Source of the DNA: Candidatus Zipacnadum vermilionense
GTDB taxonomy: Bacteria; Armatimonadota; Zipacnadia; Zipacnadales; Zipacnadaceae
Reading direction: 5' to 3'
Assembly: GCA_029821755.1 (NCBI GenBank)
Contig: JALGSV010000006.1
Span: 42,018-106,017, forward strand
DNA length: 64,000 nucleotides
Of this stretch, positions 17,843 through 27,500 are shown piece by piece. Below the pieces are notes generated by a model. It was not told the origin of the DNA. It did not search any database and saw nothing but the letters and a program-made list of their open reading frames with translations. Position 1 is the stretch's first letter. Each line of letters begins with the position of its first letter. Both the position numbers and the translations under genes were made by a program.

Positions 17843-18329
17843 TGACTACGGCCGCCGCACCATAATGGAGCTGCTCCCCGAGGAGTGGCACAGCCACGTC
17901 TTCCCGGTCGGCCGCCTCGACAAGGCGACCACCGGTTTGCTGCTCCTGACTAGCGACGGCGACCTCACTTTCCGCTGCCTCCACCCCTCCCACCACGTTC
18001 CCAAGACCTACCGCGTGACCGTGGGGAAGGCCCCCCACGAGAAGACGCTGCGCCAACTCCGGCAGGGCGTGGAGCTGGAGGACGGCCTCACCGCCCCGGC
18101 GGAGGTCTGGCTCAAGCGCACGACCCCGGAAGGGGCGCAGGTAGAGATCACTATTCACGAGGGCCGCAACCGCCAGGTCCGGCGCATGTTCGGCACGGTC
18201 GGGCACCCGGTGCTGGCGCTAGAGCGCCTGAGCATGGGCCCGCTCCGGCTGGGCGACCTCCCGCAGGGCCAATGGAGGGAACTGACGGAGGGGGAAGTGC
18301 GGGAGCTGCGGGAGGCGTGTGATTTGTGA
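17607..18329 (+). CDS. rluB: rRNA pseudouridine synthase (RsuA/RluB family)
   Basis: S4 domain ERLPKLLARAGLGSRR, catalytic GRLD and EGRNRQVRRM; scpAB-dac-rluB synteny. Confidence 0.9.
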   Translation: MERLPKLLARAGLGSRRASERLIAEGRVTVNGEVAAGPSLQVDPARSVVRLDGRLVRVPTAHRYVLLNKPPGLLTARRDDYGRRTIMELLPEEWHSHVFPVGRLDKATTGLLLLTSDGDLTFRCLHPSHHVPKTYRVTVGKAPHEKTLRQLRQGVELEDGLTAPAEVWLKRTTPEGAQVEITIHEGRNRQVRRMFGTVGHPVLALERLSMGPLRLGDLPQGQWRELTEGEVRELREACDL

Positions 18330-18362
18330 GCCGGTCGCTCCTGGCGACCGCAAGGCGCGCCC

Positions 18363-19340
18363 CTAACCAACCTTCACCCGTTGGCCCGTCCGCGCCGACT
18401 CCCGGGCGGCCCGGGCCGTGGCCAGGACGGCGCGAGCTTCGGCCAGGGTGACCTCCGGCTCCTTGCCCTGGACCAAGCACCCCACGAAGTGATCCAGCAT
18501 GCGGCCGACGTACCACGGCTGGACGCGCAGGGGCTGGCGGATGGGGATGGGGATAACCTCCTCGCCGCGGAAGCCGATCAGGGACCACTCGTCCTCTGGG
18601 TCGTCGCGAATCAGCAGCATCCCCTCCGTCCCCACCAGCCGCCGCTCAGCCATCGCCCGCACTCCTGCCGCCACCTGCGAGACCACAATCCCACTCAGCG
18701 CTGACTTGTCGTGGCGAAGTATGAGGCCGCAGTTCTCCGGCCGCTCGACCGGCCCCGCGCAGTCTGCCGCCACCGATTGCGCCGGCCCGAGGAACCGCTG
18801 CAGCACTGCTATGGCATGGAAGCCGGCGGCGCTCAGCACCGCCTGCGGTTCGCCAGCCGGCGGCTCCAGAGCCGTTACCTGGCCGAGCATCAGCTCCCCG
18901 ACGTCGCCGGCCTTCACCATCTGCAGCGCCTTGTGGACCGCCGGATGCATCAGATGGGGCAGCGAGGCAAAGACGCGGCCCTGGGAGCCCCGGGCCGCTT
19001 GGGTAATGGCGTCCAGGTCCGCCAGGCTCGCGGCGGGCGGGGCGTCGAGGATGACCGACTTCCCGGCCGCCAGGAAGGCGCGGGCGGTCTCCACGCGCTG
19101 GTGCAGCGGCCCGGACAAGTGGGCCACGTCCACGCCTTCGTCGGCGACCAACTCGTACCAGTCCGCCACCGCGCGCTTGATGATCCCCCAGCGGCCGGCT
19201 AGGGCCTGACGCGGCTCCTCCTCCGGCTCGGCGAGGAAGACCTCGGCCACCTGGTGGTTGTCCACGAAGGCGATCATCTGCATATCCGTGAGGTCGGAGA
19301 CCCCGATCTGAGCAAGGCGCAGGCGTCCATCGGTAGTCAC
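18363..19340 (-). CDS. Gfo/Idh/MocA-family oxidoreductase, divergent
   Basis: Overall family layout (LVADEGVDVAH...AGKSVILDAPPA...ESARTGQRV); GTG start overlaps the asparaginase stop. Confidence 0.7.
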   Translation of the reverse strand: MTTDGRLRLAQIGVSDLTDMQMIAFVDNHQVAEVFLAEPEEEPRQALAGRWGIIKRAVADWYELVADEGVDVAHLSGPLHQRVETARAFLAAGKSVILDAPPAASLADLDAITQAARGSQGRVFASLPHLMHPAVHKALQMVKAGDVGELMLGQVTALEPPAGEPQAVLSAAGFHAIAVLQRFLGPAQSVAADCAGPVERPENCGLILRHDKSALSGIVVSQVAAGVRAMAERRLVGTEGMLLIRDDPEDEWSLIGFRGEEVIPIPIRQPLRVQPWYVGRMLDHFVGCLVQGKEPEVTLAEARAVLATARAARESARTGQRVKVG

Positions 19341-20401
19341 GGGAGGACCTCCTCGGAGGGTAGCGGGGTGGGCAGCAGGTCGGCCACGGCGACGGTCGCC
19401 CGGACGGTGCCGACGACAGCGCCGTGGCAATTGGTCTGCTCCGGCTCGGCATACACGGCCAGGCCGGGCGGGAGGGGTGAAAGCTGGGGCGCGAGCAGGG
19501 CCATGACCACCGGCGGCCAAGGGCGACCGGAGCCGTCGGACACTTTGATCGCCAGGCCCAGGCCGGAGCCGGTCAGCGCCAGGGCGAACAGCCCCTCCGC
19601 CCCGCCCTTGGCGATTACCGCGCCGGCGGTCTCCTGCAGTAGCGCGGTGTTGAAGCTGCTGGGGCCCTGCACTAACTCGGGATGGGCGATCATCGCCGCA
19701 GTCAAGCGTCGGGCCGCCAGGGCCACCTTTTCCGGCAAGTCCTCCGGGTGAGCCAGTCGGGCGAAGGCCGTGGCGATGCTCCGCAGGGACAGCGCGTAAG
19801 TCGGCGCCCCGCAACCGTCGGCCAGGGGATGCAGGTCAATCTCGGACGCGCCCGACACCAGGGCCAGATGGTGGCGGATGAGGACCTGGACAGGATGCGC
19901 CGGGTCCAGGTAATCCCGGGGCGGGGCCCCCAGGGCCAGCGCGGTCGCCAGCATCCCGGCGTGCTTGCCCGAGCAGTTGTTGTGGATCGCGGTCGGCGCC
20001 AGCCCGGCGCGGATCAGCCGTTCGCGCTCCTCTCGGTCGTCAGGCCAGTGCACCCCGCAATCCAGGTAGCTCTCGTCCAGCTCCAGGCGCGCCAGGATTT
20101 CGCGCACCGCCGCCAGGTGCAGCGCCGTCCCCTGGTGCGAGGCGCAGGCGATGGCCAGGTGGCGCGGCTGCAGACCGAAGCGGTTGGCGGCACCGGAGGT
20201 GACTACCGCCAGCGCCTGCAGGGGCTTGGCCGAGGAGCGCATGACCACCGGCGTCTCGGGATCGCCCAGTGCCGCGGCCAACTCGCCGGAGGGCCCGGCC
20301 GCCGCGATCTGGCCGTAGTGTACAGCCTCCACGACCGGGCCACGGTACGACAGCGCCAGCGGGACGGCGGCGGGCAGCGTCTCGGCCGCGGCCACGCTCA
20401 C
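19337..20401 (-). CDS. L-asparaginase II (rhizobial AnsA-type)
   Basis: RSSAKP, CASH, NNCSGKH, DGCGAP and AKGGAEG motifs. Confidence 0.92.
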   Translation of the reverse strand: MSVAAAETLPAAVPLALSYRGPVVEAVHYGQIAAAGPSGELAAALGDPETPVVMRSSAKPLQALAVVTSGAANRFGLQPRHLAIACASHQGTALHLAAVREILARLELDESYLDCGVHWPDDREERERLIRAGLAPTAIHNNCSGKHAGMLATALALGAPPRDYLDPAHPVQVLIRHHLALVSGASEIDLHPLADGCGAPTYALSLRSIATAFARLAHPEDLPEKVALAARRLTAAMIAHPELVQGPSSFNTALLQETAGAVIAKGGAEGLFALALTGSGLGLAIKVSDGSGRPWPPVVMALLAPQLSPLPPGLAVYAEPEQTNCHGAVVGTVRATVAVADLLPTPLPSEEVLP

Positions 20402-20850
20402 TCAGCCTTCTTCACGAAGTTTACGCGCAGGTTGGCGAGAACGTTGTCGATCTCGCGCTGCTCGTCCAGGTCGAAAGAGGGGCGGAGTTGGTTCGCCAGG
20501 GCCTCCAACGAGTCAATGGCCACCCGCGCCTGGCCCAAGTCGGTCACCGCTTCCTTCGCCCCCGGCGCCACCACCAGCCCCAGGTGCATCCAAGCCGCCT
20601 GGTTGAGCACGCCAACCATAAAGCGCAGTGTGTCGTAGATGTCCAGGTCGGCCAGCGTCGGCGGGTGCGGCTCCTCCTCGGGCACACGGTCATGGGGCGG
20701 AGGCGAAGGCTCCTCCTCTTCCTTTTCCGGCACTTCGCCCTCGGGGGGGCGGCCGCCGGGGGGAGGGGGCTCCGGGATCTCCTCTTCCTTGCCTTCGACT
20801 TCAGGCTCGGGCTCGCCGGCCGGTTCTTCGGTGAGTTCGTCGTCGGTCAT
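20398..20850 (-). CDS. DUF1844-domain protein with acidic/Pro-rich N-terminus
   Basis: AWMHLG...DLGQARVAID...LANLRVNFV pattern. Confidence 0.75.
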   Translation of the reverse strand: MTDDELTEEPAGEPEPEVEGKEEEIPEPPPPGGRPPEGEVPEKEEEEPSPPPHDRVPEEEPHPPTLADLDIYDTLRFMVGVLNQAAWMHLGLVVAPGAKEAVTDLGQARVAIDSLEALANQLRPSFDLDEQREIDNVLANLRVNFVKKAE

Positions 20851-20942
20851 GTACAGGCACCTCCTGGGACCTCTGCGTGGCGCGGGGGATGCGACCTCCA
20901 TTTGTCAGTGCCGCCGGGCGACACAGGTCCCCCGCGATCGGC

Positions 20943-20985
20943 GGGCCGGATTCACTCCGCTGCGCTCCGCTCATCCGGCCCCTCC
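20943..20985. repeat. REP-like palindrome (GGGCCGGA...TCCGGCCC)
   Basis: Intergenic hairpin with a CTCCGCTGCGCTCCGCT loop, similar to GTAG-type REPs. Confidence 0.5.
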
Positions 20986-21016
20986 TGGAGGGCGACCCTC
21001 CCGCCCCCAGCGGACG

Positions 21017-22024
21017 TCACGGCGTCACAATGGCGCGGAGCATATCCCCCGGCCGGGCGGCAGTGGCGTCGAGGGCCTCCTGCGTCTGGTCGAGGGTGTA
21101 GTTGCGGGTGGGCAAGGCCGCCAGATCCACCTGGCCCGTCGCCAGCAAGTGCAGGGACTCCTCCAGGGCGTGGCGCGACCGGCGGGAGAAGAGGAGGGTC
21201 AGCTCGCAGCGGCGGGGAATGGTGGAGTCAAAGCTCACCACGTCCGGGTGGGGGATGCCCACCACCATGATCTTGCCGCCGGGCCGGGTCACGCGCATGG
21301 CCTGCTCCACCGCCGTGTTCTCGCCGGAACATTCGAAGACCACGTCCCCCTCTATCCCCTGTTTTCCCAACTCCTCGTAGGAAGCCACAACTTTGCAGCC
21401 GAGGCGAGCGGGCCAGTCCCGGCGCTCGCACAGCGGCTCGACAACCGTCAGGTCGCGAGCGCCTTTGGCCCGGGCGACCAGGAGAGTGCACATGCCAATG
21501 GCACCGGCGCCTAGGAAGACCAGGTGGTCGGTAGCCCTGAGCTCGGCCAAGCGGACGGCGTGGAGCCCCACCCCCAGCGGCTCAATTAGCGCCCCCACGC
21601 CGTAACTCGTGTCGGGCGGCAGGGGACTCACAGCGTCGGCCGGGCAGGCGATGTACTCGGCCAGCGCCCCGTCGCGCTGGGGGAAACTGGGGAAGATGAT
21701 GTGGCGGCACAAGTTCGGCAGGCCCTCGCGGCACAGGTCACATTCGCCGCAAGCCCAGGTGGGCTCTACTGCCACCGGCGTACCGACGGGCGGTCCGGAA
21801 ACCCCGGACCCCAGGGCGGCGACGTCGCCAGAGAACTCGTGGCCCTGAATCATGGGGTGGTCGGGGACGACGCCGCTGGCGTGGCCGTCCTCGTACAAGC
21901 GCCAGTCGGAGGGGCAGATGGAGACCGCGCGCACGCGGACCAGCACCTCCCCCGGACCGGCCTCCGGGGTGGGGATATCGTCGATCCGCACGTCGTGTGG
22001 GGCGTAAAGTCTAGCTGCTCTCAT
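21017..22024 (-). CDS. Zn-dependent alcohol/sugar dehydrogenase (MDR)
   Basis: CPSD, GHEFSG, CGECDLC...C and GAGAIG motifs. Confidence 0.92.
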   Translation of the reverse strand: MRAARLYAPHDVRIDDIPTPEAGPGEVLVRVRAVSICPSDWRLYEDGHASGVVPDHPMIQGHEFSGDVAALGSGVSGPPVGTPVAVEPTWACGECDLCREGLPNLCRHIIFPSFPQRDGALAEYIACPADAVSPLPPDTSYGVGALIEPLGVGLHAVRLAELRATDHLVFLGAGAIGMCTLLVARAKGARDLTVVEPLCERRDWPARLGCKVVASYEELGKQGIEGDVVFECSGENTAVEQAMRVTRPGGKIMVVGIPHPDVVSFDSTIPRRCELTLLFSRRSRHALEESLHLLATGQVDLAALPTRNYTLDQTQEALDATAARPGDMLRAIVTP

Positions 22025-22055
22025 GGGTTCATCACCTGTAACTGTAGGGCGGGGA

Positions 22056-22712
22056 CTACCGCGCCTGGAGCGCTCTGTGTAGCCTCCGACATGACTCGCA
22101 TCTTCCGCACGGTTCCTCGCCGCCCAGGTAGCAGGACCAGACCAGCTCCAGCGGGGCACCCAGGGCGCGGCCCCGGCGAGCGATCTCCGGCTTGTCCAGA
22201 TCGGCCGTCGGCGAGTATAGCTGCACACCGGTGGCGGTTGAGTACCGCCACAAAGCGTCGGTGGCCTGCATGAAGTCGCGGGAGTTATCGGGGAAGGTGG
22301 CGGCTTCCTCGGCATTGAAGCCGCACACTACCCACTCCGCCCCTCGCCGCTCGGCGTAGGCGGCGGCCACGTTCACCAGCACTCCATTGCGATTGGGGAC
22401 CCACACGGCGCGGGCGGTCTCGGCCGTGATCTCCGGCGCGTCCAGTTGCTCCACGGCTGGCTCGGGGAGAACCTGGCTGGCGTCGGTCAGGGCGTTGCCG
22501 CCGAGAGCGCCGAGCCAGGGCAAAGCGATGATCTCATGCGCGCAACCCAGCCACTGCGCCTGCCGGCGGGCCGCCTCCACCTCCCGCACCGCGGCTCGCT
22601 GGCCGTAGTCGCAGGTCAGCGCCAGCACCAACTCGGCCTCGCCCCGCGCCAGCGCTGCCGCTACCAGAGAGTCCAGCCCGCCGGAAAGCAGCACCACCGC
22701 ACGCACGGTCAT
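22056..22712 (-). CDS. queC: 7-cyano-7-deazaguanine synthase
   Basis: LSGGLDS, YGQR, VPNRN and WSCY...CGRCESC motifs. Confidence 0.95.
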   Translation of the reverse strand: MTVRAVVLLSGGLDSLVAAALARGEAELVLALTCDYGQRAAVREVEAARRQAQWLGCAHEIIALPWLGALGGNALTDASQVLPEPAVEQLDAPEITAETARAVWVPNRNGVLVNVAAAYAERRGAEWVVCGFNAEEAATFPDNSRDFMQATDALWRYSTATGVQLYSPTADLDKPEIARRGRALGAPLELVWSCYLGGEEPCGRCESCRRLHRALQAR

Positions 22713-23080
22713 TCCTCCCGGTAAGTCACCGCACTGGTAGGCGACTCATAGACGGTGACTGCCCAGACTTGCGCGGGCAGGTCCGCCGCTGCGGCGCGGA
22801 TCTGCTGGAACAGGTAGTGGGCGATCGCCTCGGCGGTCGGGTTGCGCCCGGCAAAAGCGGCGTGGTCGTTGAGGTACTGGTGGTCCAGGTCGTCCAGCAC
22901 GGTGTCGCACAGCGACTTGAGCGCGGCGAAGTCCATCAGGAAGCCGCTCTCGTCCAGCGTCGCCCCCCGGAAGGTTACCAGCACTCGGTAGTTATGCCCA
23001 TGCAACCGGGCGCAGGGACCGGCGTAGTTCTCCAGCTTGTGGGCCGCGGCGAATTGGCGTTCAATGGTGAGTTCGTACAT
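22709..23080 (-). CDS. queD: 6-carboxytetrahydropterin synthase
   Basis: FAAAH, CARLHGHNY, LDHQYLN and PTAE motifs; a TGCTATAAT promoter lies just upstream. Confidence 0.95.
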   Translation of the reverse strand: MYELTIERQFAAAHKLENYAGPCARLHGHNYRVLVTFRGATLDESGFLMDFAALKSLCDTVLDDLDHQYLNDHAAFAGRNPTAEAIAHYLFQQIRAAAADLPAQVWAVTVYESPTSAVTYREE

Positions 23081-23195
23081 GAGGCTCCCGCCCGACGGTG
23101 CGATTATAGCATAGGACGAGAGGGAGCGGCAACGCGGGGAACCCGGCCCGTCGCCGGCAGCCGTCGGCTGGCGCGCAGTTCATCCTGCCCCGGGC

Positions 23196-23528
23196 CTAGA
23201 CGGCTCGCACCCGAATCACCAGGGAGTCGGCGGTGCACACAATCTCCACCTCCCCGCCCTCTCGTGCGTAGATGGAGCGGAAGTGCTCCTCCAGCGCAGC
23301 CAGCCCCCGCTCGCGTAAGGCCTCCCGCAGCGGCGCATAGTAGACCCGGGTGAACCGGCGCAGGTACGCGCAGACCGTCTCGGGGCCGTGGGTTTGTTCC
23401 AGATAGGTCAGGGCGGCGCTAAGCGCGCCGTGGAAGTCGGGGTGGAAGTAGGGATTGTCGGAGGCGCGGCGGTCGAGCGTGAATTTGGGCATGGGTGGAG
23501 GAGTCAGTCCCTCTTCCGCCACGGCCAC
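23196..23528 (-). CDS. Hypothetical protein, possibly C-terminally truncated
   Basis: Coding-like 110 aa ORF (YFHPDFHGAL...YLEQTHG) overlapping the DHDPS-family stop; ends abruptly at a beta strand. Confidence 0.5.
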   Translation of the reverse strand: MAVAEEGLTPPPMPKFTLDRRASDNPYFHPDFHGALSAALTYLEQTHGPETVCAYLRRFTRVYYAPLREALRERGLAALEEHFRSIYAREGGEVEIVCTADSLVIRVRAV

Positions 23529-24448
23529 AACACCTCCGCCTCCGTTACCAGCGACCGGTCTATCGCCCGCCGGCAGGAGGCGGTCAGCGTGTAGCCGAGG
23601 TAGTTGTTCCCGGTGCGGAAGATCCCCATCTGCACGAGCAGGTACTTGAGGCCGGCTAGCCAGGTGGTGATGCGCTGGCCGCCGTAGACGGCGTACATCA
23701 GGCGGCTCATGCGCGCCTGCAGGCGGTCGGCCCCCCGGCGGTCGCCGTCGGCCATGGCCTGGGTAATCAGGTTCGCCAGGTGACCGTTGAACACGGCCCC
23801 GCCCAGCAGCAGGCCGTCGTAGCCGGTGGCCAGGAACTCCGGGCAGGCAAACTCGTTGCCGTTGAGTACGCGCAGGTCGGGATGCCGGCGACGGGCGGCG
23901 AGGGCGATCTGCCCCCGCGCCGGGTCCCCGGAGGAGTCCTTGATCAGTACCACGTTCGGCTCCTGGTAGACCCGGCGCAGTACCGACTCAGGAACCACCA
24001 CCTTCATGCGCGCGCCCAGGTCGTACAGGCCGACCGGCAAGGGGCTGTTGCGGAGGACCTGCAGGTACAGATCGAGCAGTACGGCTGGGGTGGGGTGGAG
24101 GTGGTGGAAGGGCGCGGTCATCACCGCGATCTGCGCGCCGGCCTGGCGCATGGTCTCGATGTTCTCGAGGATGCGCACGGCGGAGTTGTCGCTGACCTGC
24201 GCGGCCAGGATCATGCGCCCGCGGTTGTGGTCGGCGACGATCTCCATGAGCCGGCGGCGCTGGTCGTCGGTCATCCAGGGGCCCTCCCCGCAGCTTCCCG
24301 CGAGGAAGAGGCCCTGGACGCCCAGGCGGACGTGGTGGTCCACCATGCGCTTGACCGAGGCGGTGTCCACTTGCCACTTGTCGGTGAAGGGCGTGGGCGC
24401 AGCGGACCAAACGCCGGTGAGGTAGTCGGGCGCGATTCGGCTATCCAT
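23504..24448 (-). CDS. DHDPS/NAL-family class I aldolase
   Basis: PTPF, GSCGE, LYD and IKDSSGD (Schiff-base Lys) motifs. Confidence 0.85.
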   Translation of the reverse strand: MDSRIAPDYLTGVWSAAPTPFTDKWQVDTASVKRMVDHHVRLGVQGLFLAGSCGEGPWMTDDQRRRLMEIVADHNRGRMILAAQVSDNSAVRILENIETMRQAGAQIAVMTAPFHHLHPTPAVLLDLYLQVLRNSPLPVGLYDLGARMKVVVPESVLRRVYQEPNVVLIKDSSGDPARGQIALAARRRHPDLRVLNGNEFACPEFLATGYDGLLLGGAVFNGHLANLITQAMADGDRRGADRLQARMSRLMYAVYGGQRITTWLAGLKYLLVQMGIFRTGNNYLGYTLTASCRRAIDRSLVTEAEVLWPWRKRD

Positions 24449-24523
24449 CAGGGCCTCTCCCCCAGCCCTCTCCCTGCGCACGTTCGGTGCGCTGTGCGGG
24501 GGAGGGGGAACCCGCAAGGTGAC

Positions 24524-27500
24524 CTACCCTTTCGCCAACTGTACCTGGGTCACGTTGGCGGGGAGGGTCAGGCGGCATTTGCCCTCACCCACCCGCTCCC
24601 ACTTGACACCCGCCGCCGGCTTGACCGGGCTCCAGGCGCCAGGGAGGGTGATGGTGACCTGCAGCTCCTGGTGCCCTGCCGGGGCGTTGATAGCAGCCGC
24701 GGCCTCGCCCGCGCGCAGACTCACGGGAGCGTCGGCTTGGACGGCGCAATCCTCGTACGCCACCTCGCCCGCCGCGTTGAGGGCCAGGACCAAGCCGGTG
24801 GCGCGGTCCTGGATGCAGGCGCTAGTGCCCCGGAAGCGGGCGGCGTCAGCGTCAGCCGTGGCCTCAGCGGCGCTGAGGAAGGCGTAGTCGGTGCCCCAGT
24901 CAGCGGAGACCTTGATGACCTTGCCCCCGCCGAGCGTGGCGAAGGTGGGCACGGGCTCGGTGCGCAGGCGCGGGTACATGGCCACGAAGTAGACACCGTC
25001 GCCCGGCATCTGGACCTGCAGCAGGTCCTGGTACTCGTCGCCCACCACCCCGTAGTCCCCGTAGTACGTCCCCCAGCGCAGCGTCCAGCGGGGAGTGCCG
25101 GTGGGGGCGGCCAGGTAGTACTCCAGGTCGAGGTCAAGCTGGCCGACGGCGGTGAAGCGGTCGCCGGTCAGCGGACTGGGCGGAACGGCCGTCTCGCCGG
25201 GCTTGTCGGCGAGGAAGGCCGTCACGTCTGCGGCCTGCTCCGGCGTGCCGAGCTTCTCCGACAGCGTCCACATCTGCCACATGGTGGGCTGGCCGCCGCT
25301 GACCGTGTCGCGGAACACCAGGTAGTTGGGACCGCCCGGATCATCGTCCTTCAGGTACAGCACCTGACGGCGCCAGTCGAAGGGGTCCTGGCCTTCCTGG
25401 GCCACCGGGGGCCACTCGGTGAGGTCCGCCGGCACGTCGGTGGTCCACCAGTTGGCGTCGTAGACGCTGCCGATGGCGTAGGTGGTGTTGACGTAGTCAG
25501 CGCGCGGCAATAAGGCGGACAGGTCTTCCCCGGTAACGGTCGCGTTGCCAAAGGGGAGGAACCAGTTGTCCCCGGGCTTCCAGGTACGGGCGCGCAGCAC
25601 GCGGCTGGTAAGCAGCTCCTGGCGCTCGGAGTAGCCGGGGCAGAACAGACCGGCGATGGGCCGCCCCTTGGCGAACCACTTCATCAGCCCGCCCGGCTCC
25701 GAGACACGGGCGAACGCGATCTTGCTGTTGGTGAGCAGCAGAACGTAGTTCTCCTCGAGCGTCCCCACCCCGTTGCGCAGAATTGATCCCATCTCGGGGA
25801 ACCAGTCGGAGCCCCAGGCGGGCTTCTCCGCCGGCTGGTCGGGATCGAGGACCACCACCTCGAAGCCGGAGAGGCGCGTGTCCATCACCTTCATGTCGTA
25901 GCCCGACTGGGCCCAGCACCACTGCATGATCCGCGAGTACTCCGGCCGTGTCTCGCGGGTGAGAGCCGCGAGCAGGCCCAGGTGCGCCCACATCTCGCCG
26001 GCCTGGGCCCGGCCCAGGGGCGGCGAAGCACGGCGGTCGCCGCGCTGCGGGTCCAGGGGCGTCTGGTGCTTGGCGATGTACATACCGAACCTGAGGAAAG
26101 CCGGATCCTTGCCATAGTCGTAGAATCCCGCCCGCTGGGCGGCAAGCGCGAACCAGATCATCGTCGAGTAGGTCACCTGGGCGTAGTGCCCGCTCTCGTA
26201 CCACTCACCCTCCGGTCCCACCTCGGTCATCCACTGGTTCATCCGCGCGATGGCCGGCTCCACCCAGGCCTTAGCCATAGGATGATCGGGCAGCAGGCAG
26301 GCGAGAATCCCGCGGGCGAGCATGTGCGACACGCTCATGTTCGGGTTGCCGGATTTGTAACCGCGTTCAATAGACCAGGTGGAGGGGTCGTTGATCTTAT
26401 AGGCCAGGTAGGCCATCTGCGCCCGGTAGAGCGGCCGCTCCTCCGGCGTCACCAGGTCGCTGTCGATCAGAGCGTCGTACAGGGCCGCCACGATGCCGGT
26501 GGAGCGCATGGTGTCGAACTGGCCCAGCAGGTTCAGGTGCTGTGGCAAGCGCTCCGCCAACTGCACCTCAGTGGCGATCTCGTCTTTCCCCCCCGAGCGC
26601 AGCCAGGCCTCCAGCGCCCAAGCGTCCTTGTAGGAGGGTTCGGGGCGAATCTCGGGCTTGGTAGCGAGAATGTACTGAATCTGCTTCTCATCGTGCGGCG
26701 CGGTCCGGAAGTACTCCTGCACCTGCTCGCGCGAGACGAACAGGCGCGGGTGGGAGTCGGGCTGCTCCGGCCAGTCGAGCACATAGTCTTTGACCACGTT
26801 GAGCGGTTCCCGACCCATTCCTCGTTCCCACCACGAGAAGGCGCCCTCGCCGGTTGGCACCATCACCTGCCGGGAGGTCCAGCGACGGATCCCCTGGGCG
26901 TTGTTGACGCGTAGGTAGACCTCGCCGTTGTCGGCGCGCTCGATGGGAATTAGCTTGTGCTGCCAGCCGCCCCAGTCGCGCATCGTCCCCGGTGCGGCGG
27001 GCTCGACCCAGGCTCCGGGGTCGCGGCTGGATATCTGCAGTTGCGTGTTCTTGCCGGTGATATTGAGGGGAATGAGTATCTGGGTGTAGTCGTCCCACCA
27101 GTCGTTCCAGGGAGTGAGCTTCGTGACGATACGCTCATTGTAGGCATCGAGTGGCAGCTCGACCAGGTCGCCGACCTTGGCCTCGCTGTCCAGGAAGACC
27201 TTGCGCTTGGTGAACCACTCCATGTTGACGGGAAAGACGAGCGGGGGCAGGCCCTGACTAAGCAGGAAGTCCACGCCGTCTGCGACGCGGTCGTCCTTGA
27301 CGTCAGTGTCCCACATGATCCCGCAGTCGCCGGCGTTGACCTGAGCAATCATTCTTAGCGTGTTACCGTCCGCGTAGGTGTAGAGGTACTCGACGCGGGC
27401 GAAGACTCCGCCCACGCTGGTGAGGAGCGCCTGGTAGGAGGTGATGGTGGTATTGCCAAACAGGCGGCTGCCGGAGAACTGCGTACCGTCGCCGAGGGCC

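Noticed and set aside
22056-23080. queD-queC as part of a 7-deazaguanine DNA modification (dpd) system or under a preQ1 riboswitch
   Set aside because: No dpdA/tgt-like gene is nearby and the leader after the promoter is only about 20 nt; ordinary queuosine synthesis is the simpler reading.
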